This document shows positions 19,548 to 29,397 of a DNA stretch of 64,000 bases, in pieces. The position numbers and the translations under genes were made by a program. The stretch is from Mycobacteriales bacterium. Lineage in GTDB: Bacteria; Actinomycetota; Actinomycetes; BP-191. The stretch is taken from contig DATLOQ010000123.1 in assembly GCA_035536235.1 (NCBI GenBank), positions 4,132-68,131 of the forward strand, given 5' to 3'. A model generated the notes under the pieces. That model did not search any database. It was not told the DNA's origin and saw only the letters and a list, made by a program, of their open reading frames with translations. The stretch's first letter is position 1; each line of letters opens with the position of its first letter.

Positions 19548-20540
19548 TCAGAACGTCGCGCCCAGCGCCTTCACCGGCATCTGCAGCCGCTCCAGCATGG
19601 CCAGGTCCTCGGTGGGCTCGCGGCCGAGCGTCGTGAGGTAGTTGCCGATGATGACGGCGTTGATGCCGCCCACCATGCCCCGCTCGGTCAAGTCGCCCAG
19701 GGTGATCTCGCGTCCACCGGCGTAGCGCAGGATGGTGCGCGGCAGCGCGAGGCGGAAGGTGGCGATCGTCCGCAACGCGTCGCGGCCGGCGACGACCGGC
19801 AGATCGCCGAACGGGGTGCCCGGGCGGGGATTGAGGAAGTTGAGCGGCACCTCATGCGGCGCCAGCTCTGCCAGCTGGCCGGCTAGCTCGGCCCGCTGCT
19901 CCAGCGACTCGCCCATCCCGATGATGCCGCCGCAGCAGAGCTCCATGCCGGCCTCCCGGACGCGCACGCAGGTGTCCCAGCGCTCCTGCCAGCTGTGGGT
20001 GGTCACCACCTGGTCGAAGTGCGAGCGAGCAGTCTCCAAGTTGTGGTTGACCCGGTGCACCCCGGCCGACTGGAGCGTGGCTACCTGCTCGTCGTCGAGG
20101 ATGCCGAGGGAGACCGCGATGTTGATGTCGACCGCCGCCCGAATCGCCGCGATGCCGTCGAGCACCAGGCTCATCAGCCGCTCATCCGGGCCGCGCACGG
20201 CCGCCACGATGCAGAACTCCGTCGCGCCGGTCGCGGCTGTCTCTTTGGCCGCAAGGACCAGGGAGGGTACGTCGATCGTCACGGAACGCACGGGCGAGCT
20301 GAACGTGCCGGACTGGGAGCAGAAGTGGCAGTCCTCAGGACAGCCGCCGGTCTTGATCGACACGATGCCCTCGACCTCGACCTCTGGGCCGCACCAGCGC
20401 AGGCGGACCTCATGGGCTAGCGCGAGCAGGTCGTCGAGCCGGGCGTCGGGAAGCGTCAGGCAGGACAGCGCCTGCCCGGCGTCGAGACCCCGGCCGTCTT
20501 CGAGCACCTGCTGCCGAGCGATGTGGAGAATGTCGGTCAC
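19548..20540 (-). CDS. bioB: Biotin synthase
   Basis: Radical-SAM [11 protein letters not shown] motif and YNHNLE/[2Fe-2S] ligand region. 330 aa. Confidence 0.9.
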   Translation of the reverse strand: MTDILHIARQQVLEDGRGLDAGQALSCLTLPDARLDDLLALAHEVRLRWCGPEVEVEGIVSIKTGGCPEDCHFCSQSGTFSSPVRSVTIDVPSLVLAAKETAATGATEFCIVAAVRGPDERLMSLVLDGIAAIRAAVDINIAVSLGILDDEQVATLQSAGVHRVNHNLETARSHFDQVVTTHSWQERWDTCVRVREAGMELCCGGIIGMGESLEQRAELAGQLAELAPHEVPLNFLNPRPGTPFGDLPVVAGRDALRTIATFRLALPRTILRYAGGREITLGDLTERGMVGGINAVIIGNYLTTLGREPTEDLAMLERLQMPVKALGATF

Positions 20541-20610
20541 TGTCGAATCCTGTCAGAACCGCCGGCCGTTCACTCGATGCGCATGCTGGTGTGCTGCCGC
20601 GGTCGCCCTG

Positions 20611-20856
20611 TCAGTACGGGAGCAGGACTGTGCGCCCGCCCGGCAGCGCGTTGGGGGTCTCGACGAGATTGGTCTCGTCACCGATCCCCGGGTCCTGTGA
20701 CCGGTTCGGGTCGACGTAGCGCCGGAAGACTTCGAGGGCGCCCCAGGCAATCAGCGCCAAGAGCAGGATCACGACGATGCGAAACCGCAAGACCGGGAGC
20801 CAGGTGGGCTCCGGCTCGCGGGCCCGAGTTACTGGCCGTACGTAGGACTCACCCAT
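20611..20856 (-). CDS. Small membrane protein (one TM helix), hypothetical
   Basis: 81 aa with a single TM helix (IVVILLLALIAWGALEVF). It sits downstream of bioB, as in mycobacteria. Confidence 0.5.
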   Translation of the reverse strand: MGESYVRPVTRAREPEPTWLPVLRFRIVVILLLALIAWGALEVFRRYVDPNRSQDPGIGDETNLVETPNALPGGRTVLLPY

Positions 20857-20892
20857 GGGCGCACCGTCTCACAGCCGCGTCGCGGGTGTGTC

Positions 20893-21144
20893 TCAGGCGA
20901 TGCGGCTGCGGGCCCGCGCACCGCGGCGCTTGAGTGCGCGGCGCTCGTCCTCGCTCAGCCCGCCCCATACGCCGGCATCCTGCCCCGTCTCCAGTGCCCA
21001 CTGAAGGCACTCAGCGCGGACATCGCAGCGCTTGCACACGAGCTTGGCGTCATCGACCTGCTGCGCCGCCGGGCCGGTCGTCCCGATCGGGAAGAACAGC
21101 TCGGGGTCTTCGTCGCGGCAGAGCGCGCGGTGACGCCAGTCCAT
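20893..21144 (-). CDS. whiB1: WhiB1-like [4Fe-4S] transcription factor
   Basis: MDWRHRALCRDEDPELFFP...CKRCDVRAEC...GVWGGLSEDERRALKRR, a near-identical pattern to mycobacterial WhiB1. Start at MDWRH, not the upstream Met. Confidence 0.85.
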   Translation of the reverse strand: MDWRHRALCRDEDPELFFPIGTTGPAAQQVDDAKLVCKRCDVRAECLQWALETGQDAGVWGGLSEDERRALKRRGARARSRIA

Positions 21145-21184
21145 GTGGAACAACTCCTCTGTAGCGCCGGCCACGGCCGGACTT

Positions 21185-21200
21185 TGTGAAAAATTTCACG
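21185..21200. promoter_or_regulatory. CRP/Cmr-like binding site (TGTGA-N6-TCACg) upstream of whiB1
   Basis: tgtgaaaaatttcacg lies about 45 bp upstream of the whiB1 start codon, in an AT-rich promoter region. Confidence 0.4.
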
Positions 21201-21443
21201 AAGTAGTCGCGATGTCAGGTTCTCGGAAACGGTGGTGGTGACTACGTCAACGGCTTGCTGACGAACCGTACCGGGCTAGGGAAGCCCGGTCCATAGGTCC
21301 AACGGGGTTCACAGTAGCCCCTGGAGCGAGTGCTAGCAAGCACTTTGCAAGCACTTTTCGGCACTTTATGTCAGGTATGGCACTCGGGCTCTACCTTGGC
21401 AGTCGGCGTACCCAGATTCCGGCGTACCCATGCCCGGGCGCGG

Positions 21444-22355
21444 TCAGACGACGACCGAGAGCGCGCGGGGCACGGATCGGAAGACCACTCGCTCCCGCTC
21501 GCCGATGTAGTCCCCGTCGAGCTGGAGGGCGATGGGTCGGCTGCTGGAGACGGTGAAGTCCTCCAGATCGTGTCGCGCAACAAGGCGTCGGCCCTTGACC
21601 CGGGCCCGCACCACCAGCATCTGGCGAACAGTGCGGAGCATCGAGAACGTGCTCAGCCGGGTCAAGCCGAGCGCGTCGAGGCCCGCATCGAAGTCCCCAG
21701 CAGGGCAGGGGTCGACGGCGCGCCCACCCAGGTAGGTCCAGGGGCGGCCGTTCGCCACGACCAGGTTGAAGAGGCCGTGGACCGGCTCGGCGTCCGGCTC
21801 GTGCAGCGTCAGCGCCGCCTGCCGGCGATCACAGTCTGTGTAGAAGTGGCGGACAGCGCTGCGGACGAACAGGCCGGGGGTGGCTCGCCGGCCGGCGCGG
21901 CGACGGCGTTCCACCTCATGCACGACCTCCGCGTCGATGCCCAGCCCGGCGCAGAACGTGAAGTAGCGGTCGTCCGCCTGGCCCAGGTTGATGACCCGCC
22001 GCCGGCCGGCCCGCAGCGCGTCCAGGATCTCGCTGGTGGCTTCGACGGGAGAGGCGGACAGACCCAGAGCGCGCGCGAAGACGTTGGTCGACCCCCCTGG
22101 TACGACGGCAAACGAGAGGCTCGAGCCGGCCAGCCCGTTCACCGCCTCGTTCACCGTGCCGTCACCTCCGAGGGCCACCACTACGTCGAGGTCATCTGCG
22201 ACGGCTTGGCGCGCAAGGTCGGCCGCATGGCCGCGGCGTTCGGTCTCCACGATGTCGAGCTTGAGGTCGCTGGCCAGCGCGCGGGCGAGCACGTCGCGGG
22301 TCCGGGCGGTGGTTGCGGTGGCCTGGGGGTTGACGATCAGTAGGGCGCGCATCGA
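21444..22355 (-). CDS. Diacylglycerol kinase catalytic-domain (DAGK_cat/YegS/LCB5) family lipid kinase
   Basis: LLIVNPQA....GGDGTVNEAVNGL....VPGGSTN. Start at MRALLIV. Confidence 0.8.
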   Translation of the reverse strand, partial: SMRALLIVNPQATATTARTRDVLARALASDLKLDIVETERRGHAADLARQAVADDLDVVVALGGDGTVNEAVNGLAGSSLSFAVVPGGSTNVFARALGLSASPVEATSEILDALRAGRRRVINLGQADDRYFTFCAGLGIDAEVVHEVERRRRAGRRATPGLFVRSAVRHFYTDCDRRQAALTLHEPDAEPVHGLFNLVVANGRPWTYLGGRAVDPCPAGDFDAGLDALGLTRLSTFSMLRTVRQMLVVRARVKGRRLVARHDLEDFTVSSSRPIALQLDGDYIGERERVVFRSVPRALSVVV

Positions 22356-22411
22356 GACAGAGTAGCCCCGCACGCCCGGCAGCCCTGCCCGGCAGCCCTG
22401 CCCGGTACGCC

Positions 22412-23343
22412 TCAGTCTTCGGAGAGCAGGCCCACGCGCAGCTGGGCCAGGGTGCGCGCCAGGAGGCGTGAGACGTGCATCTGCGAGATGCCCAGCTCGT
22501 TCGCGATCTGCGACTGCGTCATGTTGCCGAAGAACCGCAGCATGAGGATCCTCTTCTCGCGCGAGGGCAGCTGCTCCAGGAGCGGCTTGAGGGACTCCCG
22601 GTACTCCACGCCCTCGAGGGCCTCATCGAGCTGGCCGAGCGAGTCGGCAACGGCGGGGGAGTCCTCGTCGCCACTGTCGGTGGCGTCAAGGGACACCGCC
22701 GAATAGGCGTTAGCGGATTCGAGACCCTCGAGGATCTCCTCCTCTGTGAGCCCGATGTGGGCCGCCAGCTCCGCCACAGTCGGTGATCGGCCGAGGGTCT
22801 GCGACAGCTCACCGGTCGCCTTCGTCAGCGTCAGCTTCAGCTCCTGCAGGCGCCGTGGCACCCGGATTGCCCAGCCCTTGTCGCGGAAGTGCCTCTTGAT
22901 CTCTCCCACAATCGTGGGTGTGGCGTAGGTCGAGAACTCCACTCCGCGCTCGAGGTCGAACCGGTCGACGCTCTTGATCAGCCCGATGGTGGCCACCTGC
23001 ACGAGGTCCTCCAGCGGCTCCCCCCGGTTGCGGAACCGCCGAGCGAGGTACTCGACGAGCGGCAGGTGCATCCGCACGAGCTCGTCGCGGACCTCCGGCA
23101 CCGGGTTCGCCGCTAGCTCAGCGAAGAGCACCCGGGCGCGGGCTCGCTCGCCCGCCGTGCGTTCTGACCGGGTCGCCAACACGTCGTCGCTCTGCACGGC
23201 GTCCAGGGCCGCGGCGGCATCGGGGTCGGTGATGTCGTCATCTGCTGCCTCAGCGTCCGCTGCGTCAGCGTCCGCTGCCTCAGGATCAGTCGAGCCGGGC
23301 GGTGCCGACTTCGGCTCGTGGGAGCCGGGAGGCGCCGCCGTCA
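22412..23343 (-). CDS. sigF: Group 3 sigma factor SigF/SigB-family with acidic N-terminal extension
   Basis: Region 2.x (LVQVATIGLIKSVDRFDLERGVEFSTYATPTIVGEIKRHFRDKGWAIRVP), region 3, and region 4 HTH (QSQIANELGISQMHVSRLL). The start overlaps the rsbW stop. The D/A-rich N-terminal stretch is about 50 aa. Confidence 0.8.
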
Positions 23344-23751
23344 TACACCGGCCTCCTCGTCCATCGCCTCGCGGTGCTTGGAGAGCCGGATCGTCACCTG
23401 GTCCCCGTCCAGGGTGGCGTCGACCTCTCCCGCCAGGGCCGAGAGCACCGTCCACGCGAAAGTGTCGCGGGAGGGCAGCGCGGAGTCGTGCGTGGGCAGG
23501 CTAACCGCGATGTCGAGCACCCCGGGGCGGAGGTCGAATCGGCAGGTGAGGTCGGCACCGTCCACGGCCCGCGGCAGGAGCATCGCACAGGCCTCGTCCA
23601 CGGCGATCTTCAAGTCCTCGATGTCGTCGATGGTGAAGTCAAGGCGAGAGGCGAGCCCGGCAGTTGCGGTCCGCAGCACGGATAGATAGGCGCCGGTCGC
23701 CGGGAGCCGGAGGGCCACGTGGTCCCCCGTCGACGGGCTCTGCTCAGTCAT
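23341..23751 (-). CDS. rsbW: Anti-sigma factor RsbW/UsfX-like (HATPase_c serine kinase fold)
   Basis: 137 aa. EACAMLL...DLKIAVDEA pattern of RsbW/SpoIIAB anti-sigma factors. Only the 3' end of the 963-aa ORF 23341..26232 is real. Confidence 0.7.
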   Translation of the reverse strand: MTEQSPSTGDHVALRLPATGAYLSVLRTATAGLASRLDFTIDDIEDLKIAVDEACAMLLPRAVDGADLTCRFDLRPGVLDIAVSLPTHDSALPSRDTFAWTVLSALAGEVDATLDGDQVTIRLSKHREAMDEEAGV

Positions 23752-23844
23752 CCGCGCTCCTACCTCTGTCGGCGTACGTCCGTCGCAGTCTGCCGTGCGG
23801 ACGGGATTCTTGCGCAGGGCGCGCAGCCACGACACGGTAGGACA

Positions 23845-25758
23845 GTGCGGAAGCCGACGAGACGCGACGTGCTGCGCAGCGCTGTGCTGCTTGGCGGCAG
23901 TGCAGTAGCCCCCACCTTCTTCCCCTCCCGCGGGTCCTGGGCTGCCAGTAGACCCATCCAGCGCGGGGGTACGACGCTGGCTGGCACGGTACTGCGTGAT
24001 GACGCCACCGCCAATGCTGGCGGCTACCGCCTGCTCCGCGCCGGGCCGGGCGAGCCGCATCTCGTCCGCACCGACCTGATGACCGCGGCGAAGCCCGGGC
24101 GGTCCACTCGCCGGGCCGGGGTCGCGGCCTTCGTCCACCTCACCGACATCCACGTCATCGACGCGCAGTCCCCTGCGCGGGTGGAGTTCCTGGACCGCTA
24201 TGACGACGAGCCGACGAGTGTGCGGGTCTTCGACGCCGCGTACCGTCCCCAGGAGATCTTCAGCGCTCAGCTCGCTGACGCGGTGATCCGGGGGGCCCGG
24301 CAGCTGCGCCAAGGGCCAGTCACCGGTCGGCCCACCGAGTTCGCCATCTGCACGGGCGACAACATCGACAACGCGCAGTACAACGAGCTCCGGCAGTACA
24401 TCGCCCTGCTCGACGGCAGCGTCGTCGTGCCGGACAGCGGCGACCTCAGCCGGTGGGAGGGGGTGCACGACGGCGACCCGCTCACCTACGACGTCCACTA
24501 CTGGCATCCGGACGGCACACCGAGCGGGGTCCCGGCCGGCACCGACGACAACGCCCGTCGGCTGTACGGCTATCCGATAGTGTCCGGCGCACTTGACGCC
24601 GCGCGGCGTCCGTTCCGGGCGACCGGGATCGGCACCCCGTGGTACACGGCGTTCGGCAACCACGACCCGCTGGTGCAGGGCAACGCCCCCCGTACCAGCT
24701 TCTTCAACGCCATCGCAGTGGGCAGCACCAAAGTCGTGGGTCTGCCTGCCGGGGCCTCTGCCGGCGACATCGCGCAGGGTGTGAGCAACGGCGATCCGGC
24801 TGCCCTTGCAGCCGCGCTGGGTGGGCCGGCGCGTCCGGTCAGTCCCGACCCGGATCGTCGGCTGCTGAGCCGTGCCGAGATCGTCGCCGAGCACTTCCTC
24901 ACCAGCGGTACGCCGGTCGGACACGGCTTCACCCAGCGCAACGTGACCGACGACGTGGCCTATTACGCGTTCGACTCTGGGTCCGTGCGGTGCGTCGTCC
25001 TCGACACGGTCAACCCCGGTGGGAACAGCGACGGCTCGATCGACCGGGCGCAGCTGGCCTGGCTGAAGGCTGAGCTCGCCGACAGCAGCCGGCAGACGGG
25101 CGGGCGGGACCGGCTGGTCGTCGTTTTCAGCCATCACACCATCGCGACCATGAAAAACGAGGTGCTCGCGCCGGGGGAGACCCAGCGCCGGGTGCTCGGA
25201 CCCGAGGTGCGCACTGTGCTGCTGGGCGCCCCGCAGGTGGTGCTGTGGGTCAACGGCCACACGCACAACAACGCCGTGCAGGCGCACCTCCGTCCGGGCG
25301 GCGGCGGGTTCTGGGAGGTCAACACCGCCGCCCACGTCGACTTCCCGCATCACTCGCGCATCATCGAGATCGCCGACAACCGCGACGGCACGCTGTCGAT
25401 CTTCGCCACGATCGTGGACGCAGACGCTCCCGTGCGGTCTGCCGGTCGCGTTGACACGCCGCGGGCGATGGCCTCGCTGGCCCGCGAGCTCGCGGCCAAC
25501 GACTGGCAGTTCCGAGATGACGTTCGCCGGGGTGCGGTCGAGGACCGCAACGTCGAGCTCCTCGTCGCTGCGCCCTTCCCGCTGACCGCCGCCCCCGTGC
25601 GCGGGCGACCCGAGCCGGTGGCTCGCCCGAGACCGCTCCCCGCTACCGGCAGCGCGGCTCGTCCGGAGGCGGTCGCGGCGGCTCTCGTGATCGCTGCCGC
25701 CGGTCTGGCCGCCGCCGCTCGCCAAGACGGAGCCGGCCGCCCCGACGCCGGCAGCTAG
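23845..25758 (+). CDS. Tat-secreted metallophosphoesterase (calcineurin-like), C-terminal membrane anchor
   Basis: Twin-arginine signal TRRDVLRSAVLLGGSAVAP. Metallophosphatase motifs (GDNID, GNHD, VNGHTHNN). C-terminal hydrophobic helix. Start GTG at 23845. Confidence 0.75.
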   Translation: MRKPTRRDVLRSAVLLGGSAVAPTFFPSRGSWAASRPIQRGGTTLAGTVLRDDATANAGGYRLLRAGPGEPHLVRTDLMTAAKPGRSTRRAGVAAFVHLTDIHVIDAQSPARVEFLDRYDDEPTSVRVFDAAYRPQEIFSAQLADAVIRGARQLRQGPVTGRPTEFAICTGDNIDNAQYNELRQYIALLDGSVVVPDSGDLSRWEGVHDGDPLTYDVHYWHPDGTPSGVPAGTDDNARRLYGYPIVSGALDAARRPFRATGIGTPWYTAFGNHDPLVQGNAPRTSFFNAIAVGSTKVVGLPAGASAGDIAQGVSNGDPAALAAALGGPARPVSPDPDRRLLSRAEIVAEHFLTSGTPVGHGFTQRNVTDDVAYYAFDSGSVRCVVLDTVNPGGNSDGSIDRAQLAWLKAELADSSRQTGGRDRLVVVFSHHTIATMKNEVLAPGETQRRVLGPEVRTVLLGAPQVVLWVNGHTHNNAVQAHLRPGGGGFWEVNTAAHVDFPHHSRIIEIADNRDGTLSIFATIVDADAPVRSAGRVDTPRAMASLARELAANDWQFRDDVRRGAVEDRNVELLVAAPFPLTAAPVRGRPEPVARPRPLPATGSAARPEAVAAALVIAAAGLAAAARQDGAGRPDAGS

Positions 25759-25767
25759 CCTGGGTGC

Positions 25768-26460
25768 ATGACAGAGCCCGCCGACCTCTCTTTCGACCCC
25801 GCCGACGTCGCACTGGATCCCGACGCCACGGCGGCCACGTTGGCGACTCCCAAGCCGACGATGGCGGAGGTTTTCGGCGGGCCGCGCGGTTTGCTCGACA
25901 GCGGCCTGCCGCTCGTCGCCTTCGTCGTGGTCAATGCGCTGGCCGACCTGACCGCCGCTGTGCGCGCCGCGGTGGCGGTGGCCGCCGTGCTGCTGCTGGT
26001 GCGGGTGGCTCGCCGCGAGGTGGTCCGGCACACCATCTCCGGCTTCGTCGGGGTGCTCTTCGCCGCCGGCTTGGCCCGGGCGACCGGCAGCGCCCGCAAC
26101 TTCTTCATCCCGGGCATCGTGCTCAACGGCGTCTACTTCACGGCCATGGTGGTCTCCCTCGCCGTACGCCGGCCGCTGGTCGGCATCGTGCTGCGGCAGT
26201 TCAGCGACAAGCCGCCAGAGTGGCACGGCCATCCCACCGTCCGACGTGCTTACGCCGAGGTCACCGTGCTGTGGGCGGCGATGTTCGGGCTGCGGCTGCT
26301 GGTCCAGTCGATCCTTTACCGCGCCGACGAGACTGGCCTGCTGGCGACTGCCAAGCTCGGCCTCGGCTATCCGCTCTTCATTCCCGTCCTCGCGGTGACT
26401 CCGCTATGGGTCAGTCGTCGAACCGCTCACGTCGAGGTCGCACCGGCCCCGGAGGGGTGA
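25768..26460 (+). CDS. DUF3159-family integral membrane protein
   Basis: 230 aa with ~6 TM helices. The pattern is typical of actinobacterial DUF3159. Confidence 0.6.
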   Translation: MTEPADLSFDPADVALDPDATAATLATPKPTMAEVFGGPRGLLDSGLPLVAFVVVNALADLTAAVRAAVAVAAVLLLVRVARREVVRHTISGFVGVLFAAGLARATGSARNFFIPGIVLNGVYFTAMVVSLAVRRPLVGIVLRQFSDKPPEWHGHPTVRRAYAEVTVLWAAMFGLRLLVQSILYRADETGLLATAKLGLGYPLFIPVLAVTPLWVSRRTAHVEVAPAPEG

Positions 26461-26945
26461 CTGTTTTCGCTCAGCGCGGCTAGCGCTGTGCCGGTAAGGC
26501 GGAAGACGGTCCACTCGTCCATCGGCTGGGCGCCGAGTGCGGTGTAGAAGTCGATGGCTGGGGTGTTCCAGTCGAGCACCGACCACTCCAGGCGAGCGCA
26601 GTCGAGGCGCACCGCCTCGCTGGCCAGTACTTGGAGCAGCATCCGGCCGAGCCCGCGGCCGCGGTGCTCGGGCCGCACGTATAGGTCCTCCAGGTAGATG
26701 CCGTGCCGGCCCCGCCAGGTCGAGTAGTTGAAGAACCAGACCGCCATGCCCACGACCGTGTCATCGACCTCAGCAACGTGCGCGAAGACTCGAGGTCGCT
26801 CACCGAAGATGCTCGCCTGCAGCATCCCCTCGGTGAGCTCGACCTCGTGCGCCGCTCGCTCGTAGGTGGCCAGCTCTCGAACCATGGCGACGATCTCCGC
26901 CACATCGGCCGGAGCGGCCGGCCGTACGCCGATGCGGTTCACGCC
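26427..26945 (-). CDS. GNAT-family N-acetyltransferase
   Basis: Motif A (RGRGLGRMLL). Probable GTG start near 26945 (VNRIGVRPA). The long N-terminal extension of ORF 26427..27359 is antisense to the dehydrogenase and was excluded. Confidence 0.6.
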   Translation of the reverse strand, partial: GVNRIGVRPAAPADVAEIVAMVRELATYERAAHEVELTEGMLQASIFGERPRVFAHVAEVDDTVVGMAVWFFNYSTWRGRHGIYLEDLYVRPEHRGRGLGRMLLQVLASEAVRLDCARLEWSVLDWNTPAIDFYTALGAQPMDEWTVFRLTGTALAALSENSHPSGAGATST

Positions 26946-27805
26946 GAGCCGGCGATGTGCCCGATGACCGCGGCGTAGTCCTCGTCCGAGTGGCCAGCGT
27001 GCAGGGCGCTGCGGGCCTGCTCCAGCGCAGCGCGGGTCACCGGCAGCCCGGTCTCGGCAACCCCGGCAGCAGCGCGGACGGCGAGGTCGAGGTCCTTGGC
27101 CATGAGGTCGAGCGAGAACGCGGTGGCGGAGTAGTCGCCGGCTTCGATCATCGGTCGCTTCTGGTTGAGCACCCAGCCGTACGCCGTCGCGCTGAGCACA
27201 TCGAGCAGCATCGTGCGGTCGAGCTCCAGGTCTGAGCCAAGGCGCAGCGTCTCGCCCAAACCAGCGGCCAGCACTCCGATGCCTTGGTTGACGCAGAGCT
27301 TCAGGGCACTGCCGGCGCCGACCTCGCCGACCCGACGCACCTTGGCCGGGTCGCCCCACAGGTGCAGCAGTGGCTCCGCATCCGCGAAGTCAGCGACGGA
27401 CCCGCCCGCGAAGACGCCAAGGGTGCCCTCCTTCGCCGGTGCTGTCGAGCCGGCGACCGGGACGTCGAGGTAGCGCGCACCTCGGAAGCCGCAGAGAGCG
27501 CCGAACTCGCGCGCGGCATCCGGGCCGATCGTGGTGCTGTCCAGTACGAGGGCACCCTCGGGCGCGCCCTCCAAGACCTCAGGCAGGACCGCGCGCACGC
27601 TGTCCGGGCCGAAGAGCATCAGGACGACGGCCTCGGCGTCCCGCGCCGCGTCCGCCGGTGACGGGGCTTCCCGGGCTCCGGCGGCGATGAGGCCGGTGGC
27701 CTTCCCTGCCGTGCGGTTCCACACGACGAGGTCGTGACCGGCGTCGACGACATGGCGCGCCATGGCCGATCCCATCCGGCCCAGCCCGAGGAACGCGACC
27801 TTCAC
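26939..27805 (-). CDS. NAD(P)-dependent 3-hydroxyisobutyrate/6-phosphogluconate dehydrogenase-family oxidoreductase
   Basis: MKVAFLGLGRMGSAMA Rossmann motif plus the HIBADH C-terminal domain. Confidence 0.8.
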   Translation of the reverse strand: MKVAFLGLGRMGSAMARHVVDAGHDLVVWNRTAGKATGLIAAGAREAPSPADAARDAEAVVLMLFGPDSVRAVLPEVLEGAPEGALVLDSTTIGPDAAREFGALCGFRGARYLDVPVAGSTAPAKEGTLGVFAGGSVADFADAEPLLHLWGDPAKVRRVGEVGAGSALKLCVNQGIGVLAAGLGETLRLGSDLELDRTMLLDVLSATAYGWVLNQKRPMIEAGDYSATAFSLDLMAKDLDLAVRAAAGVAETGLPVTRAALEQARSALHAGHSDEDYAAVIGHIAGSA

Positions 27806-27833
27806 GGCAATCGCCTCATCATGGGTGCGACGG

Positions 27834-28241
27834 TCACGCCTTCTTCGTGGCTTTGAAGATTTCGTCGACCTGGTCGACGAGATCGAGAAGTCGCTGCGCG
27901 TCGGCGACGTCGAGGGAGCCCTTGGCCGCGCCGGCCGCCTTGGTCGCGTCCCAGATGAGCTGGTGCAGCTCCGGGTGCGCCTCGAGGTGCGGCGGCTTGA
28001 AGTAGTCGGTCCACAGAACCCAGAGGTGGTGCTTGACCAGCTCGGCGCGCTCTTCCTTGATCAGAACGGCCCGCTGCCTGAACTGCGCGTCGTCGCTGGT
28101 TGCGTGCTTCTCCATGCAGGCCTTCACTGCCTGGGCCTCGATGCGGGCCTGCGCGGGGTCGTAGATGCCGCAGGGCAGGTCGCAGTGAGCGTGCACGATA
28201 GTGCGAGGGGCGAATATCTGGTGGACCAGCATGCGGTTCAC
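27834..28241 (-). CDS. sodN: Nickel superoxide dismutase precursor
   Basis: Ni-hook HCDLPCGIYDPA immediately after an N-terminal propeptide. Four-helix bundle body. Confidence 0.9.
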   Translation of the reverse strand: MNRMLVHQIFAPRTIVHAHCDLPCGIYDPAQARIEAQAVKACMEKHATSDDAQFRQRAVLIKEERAELVKHHLWVLWTDYFKPPHLEAHPELHQLIWDATKAAGAAKGSLDVADAQRLLDLVDQVDEIFKATKKA

Positions 28242-28295
28242 TCAGCTCTCTTGGCGGGGAGACCGTGGACTTCGCCGGTGCCAGGGCCCTACCCC

Positions 28296-28619
28296 GTGCA
28301 GAGGAGCGGAAGCGTGCGTCCCAGATGGGGTCGGGTCGGAGTGGTCGGCTCGAGTATGGTGCCGGCGCTCGTCGCGGGGGAGCAGCTTCTCGTGCGCTGG
28401 GGAGGGGAGCCCGCAGTCGGCGACATCGTGGTCGTGCGCCGGGGCGGGCGCCTCGACGTCAAGCGAGCGGTACGCCGTGAAGCGGCCGGGTGGTGGGTCG
28501 CCGGCGACAACACGGGCGCCAGCGAGGACAGCCGCGTCTACGGCGTCGTGCCGGATGCCGACGTGCTCGGGGTAGCGCGGTGGCGGTGCTGGCCGTGGCG
28601 AAGCCGGGGCCGGGTGTGA
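28296..28619 (+). CDS. sodX: S26-family peptidase, Ni-SOD maturation protease SodX-like
   Basis: SSMVPAL catalytic Ser region, then GDIVVVRR and GDNTGASEDSR boxes of signal peptidase I-like proteins. Divergent from sodN. Start ambiguous (GTG at 28296 or 28314, or ATG at 28356). Confidence 0.6.
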   Translation: MQRSGSVRPRWGRVGVVGSSMVPALVAGEQLLVRWGGEPAVGDIVVVRRGGRLDVKRAVRREAAGWWVAGDNTGASEDSRVYGVVPDADVLGVARWRCWPWRSRGRV

Positions 28620-28664
28620 TCCGGTGCTACCGTCCGCGGCGTCAACATCGAGTGATGTCGGAGG

Positions 28665-29396
28665 GTGGCCGTGGAGATCTTCACGCAGCAGGGTGGCGAA
28701 TTCCTCTCGCGCTGGGCGCACTACCTCAGCGGGGTGACCTGGATCGGCCTGCTCTACTACTTCAACTTCGTCCAGGTGCCGGCCTTCGCAGACTTCGAGG
28801 CGGGAGCGCGCACTGAGGCCATCCGCAAGCTCGTGCCGCGTGCCCTGTGGTGGTTCCGCTGGGCCGCGGTTCTCACCCTGCTGAGCGGCCTGTCGATCCT
28901 CGCCTTCAGCCCGCTCTACCGCGTCGACGGGATCTGGAAGACCCCCGTCGGCTACAGCATCTCCACCGGCATCCTGCTTGCCGTGGTGATGTTCGCCAAC
29001 GTGTGGGGTGTCATCTGGCCCAACCAGCGGATCGTCATCGCCAACGCCGAGGGCGTCGCTGCCGGGCGCGAAGCCGACCCGGCGGCTGCCGTAGCCGGCC
29101 GCAAGGCGCTGCTCGCCTCGCGGACCAACACCGTCTTCTCCATCCCGATGCTGTTCTTCATGGCCGCGACGAGCCACTTCGCGGGCACCTTCGACCTGGC
29201 CGAGGGTGGCCAGCGAGCGACCTACGCTGTCATCACCCTGCTGCTCGTGGTCGCCCTCGAGCTCAACGCGCTCGGCCTGATCGGCGGCACCGCCCCCGGC
29301 CCGACGAAGAAGTACCTCGACACGCACAAGAACGCGATCATCGCCGGCTTCGTGCTGGCGACCGTCTTCTACGTTCTCTTCGAGATCGTCTTCTAG
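28665..29396 (+). CDS. Integral membrane hypothetical protein (4-5 TM)
   Basis: WIGLLYYFNFVQVP and WWFRWAAVLTLLSGL helices. Family not recognised. Confidence 0.55.
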   Translation: MAVEIFTQQGGEFLSRWAHYLSGVTWIGLLYYFNFVQVPAFADFEAGARTEAIRKLVPRALWWFRWAAVLTLLSGLSILAFSPLYRVDGIWKTPVGYSISTGILLAVVMFANVWGVIWPNQRIVIANAEGVAAGREADPAAAVAGRKALLASRTNTVFSIPMLFFMAATSHFAGTFDLAEGGQRATYAVITLLLVVALELNALGLIGGTAPGPTKKYLDTHKNAIIAGFVLATVFYVLFEIVF

Positions 29397-29397
29397 T

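Noticed and set aside
23341-26232. 963-aa minus-strand ORF
   Set aside because: It is antisense to the well-supported plus-strand Tat-metallophosphoesterase and DUF3159 genes, and its composition is a high-GC frame artefact. Only its last 137 codons (RsbW-like anti-sigma factor, 23341..23751) are credible.
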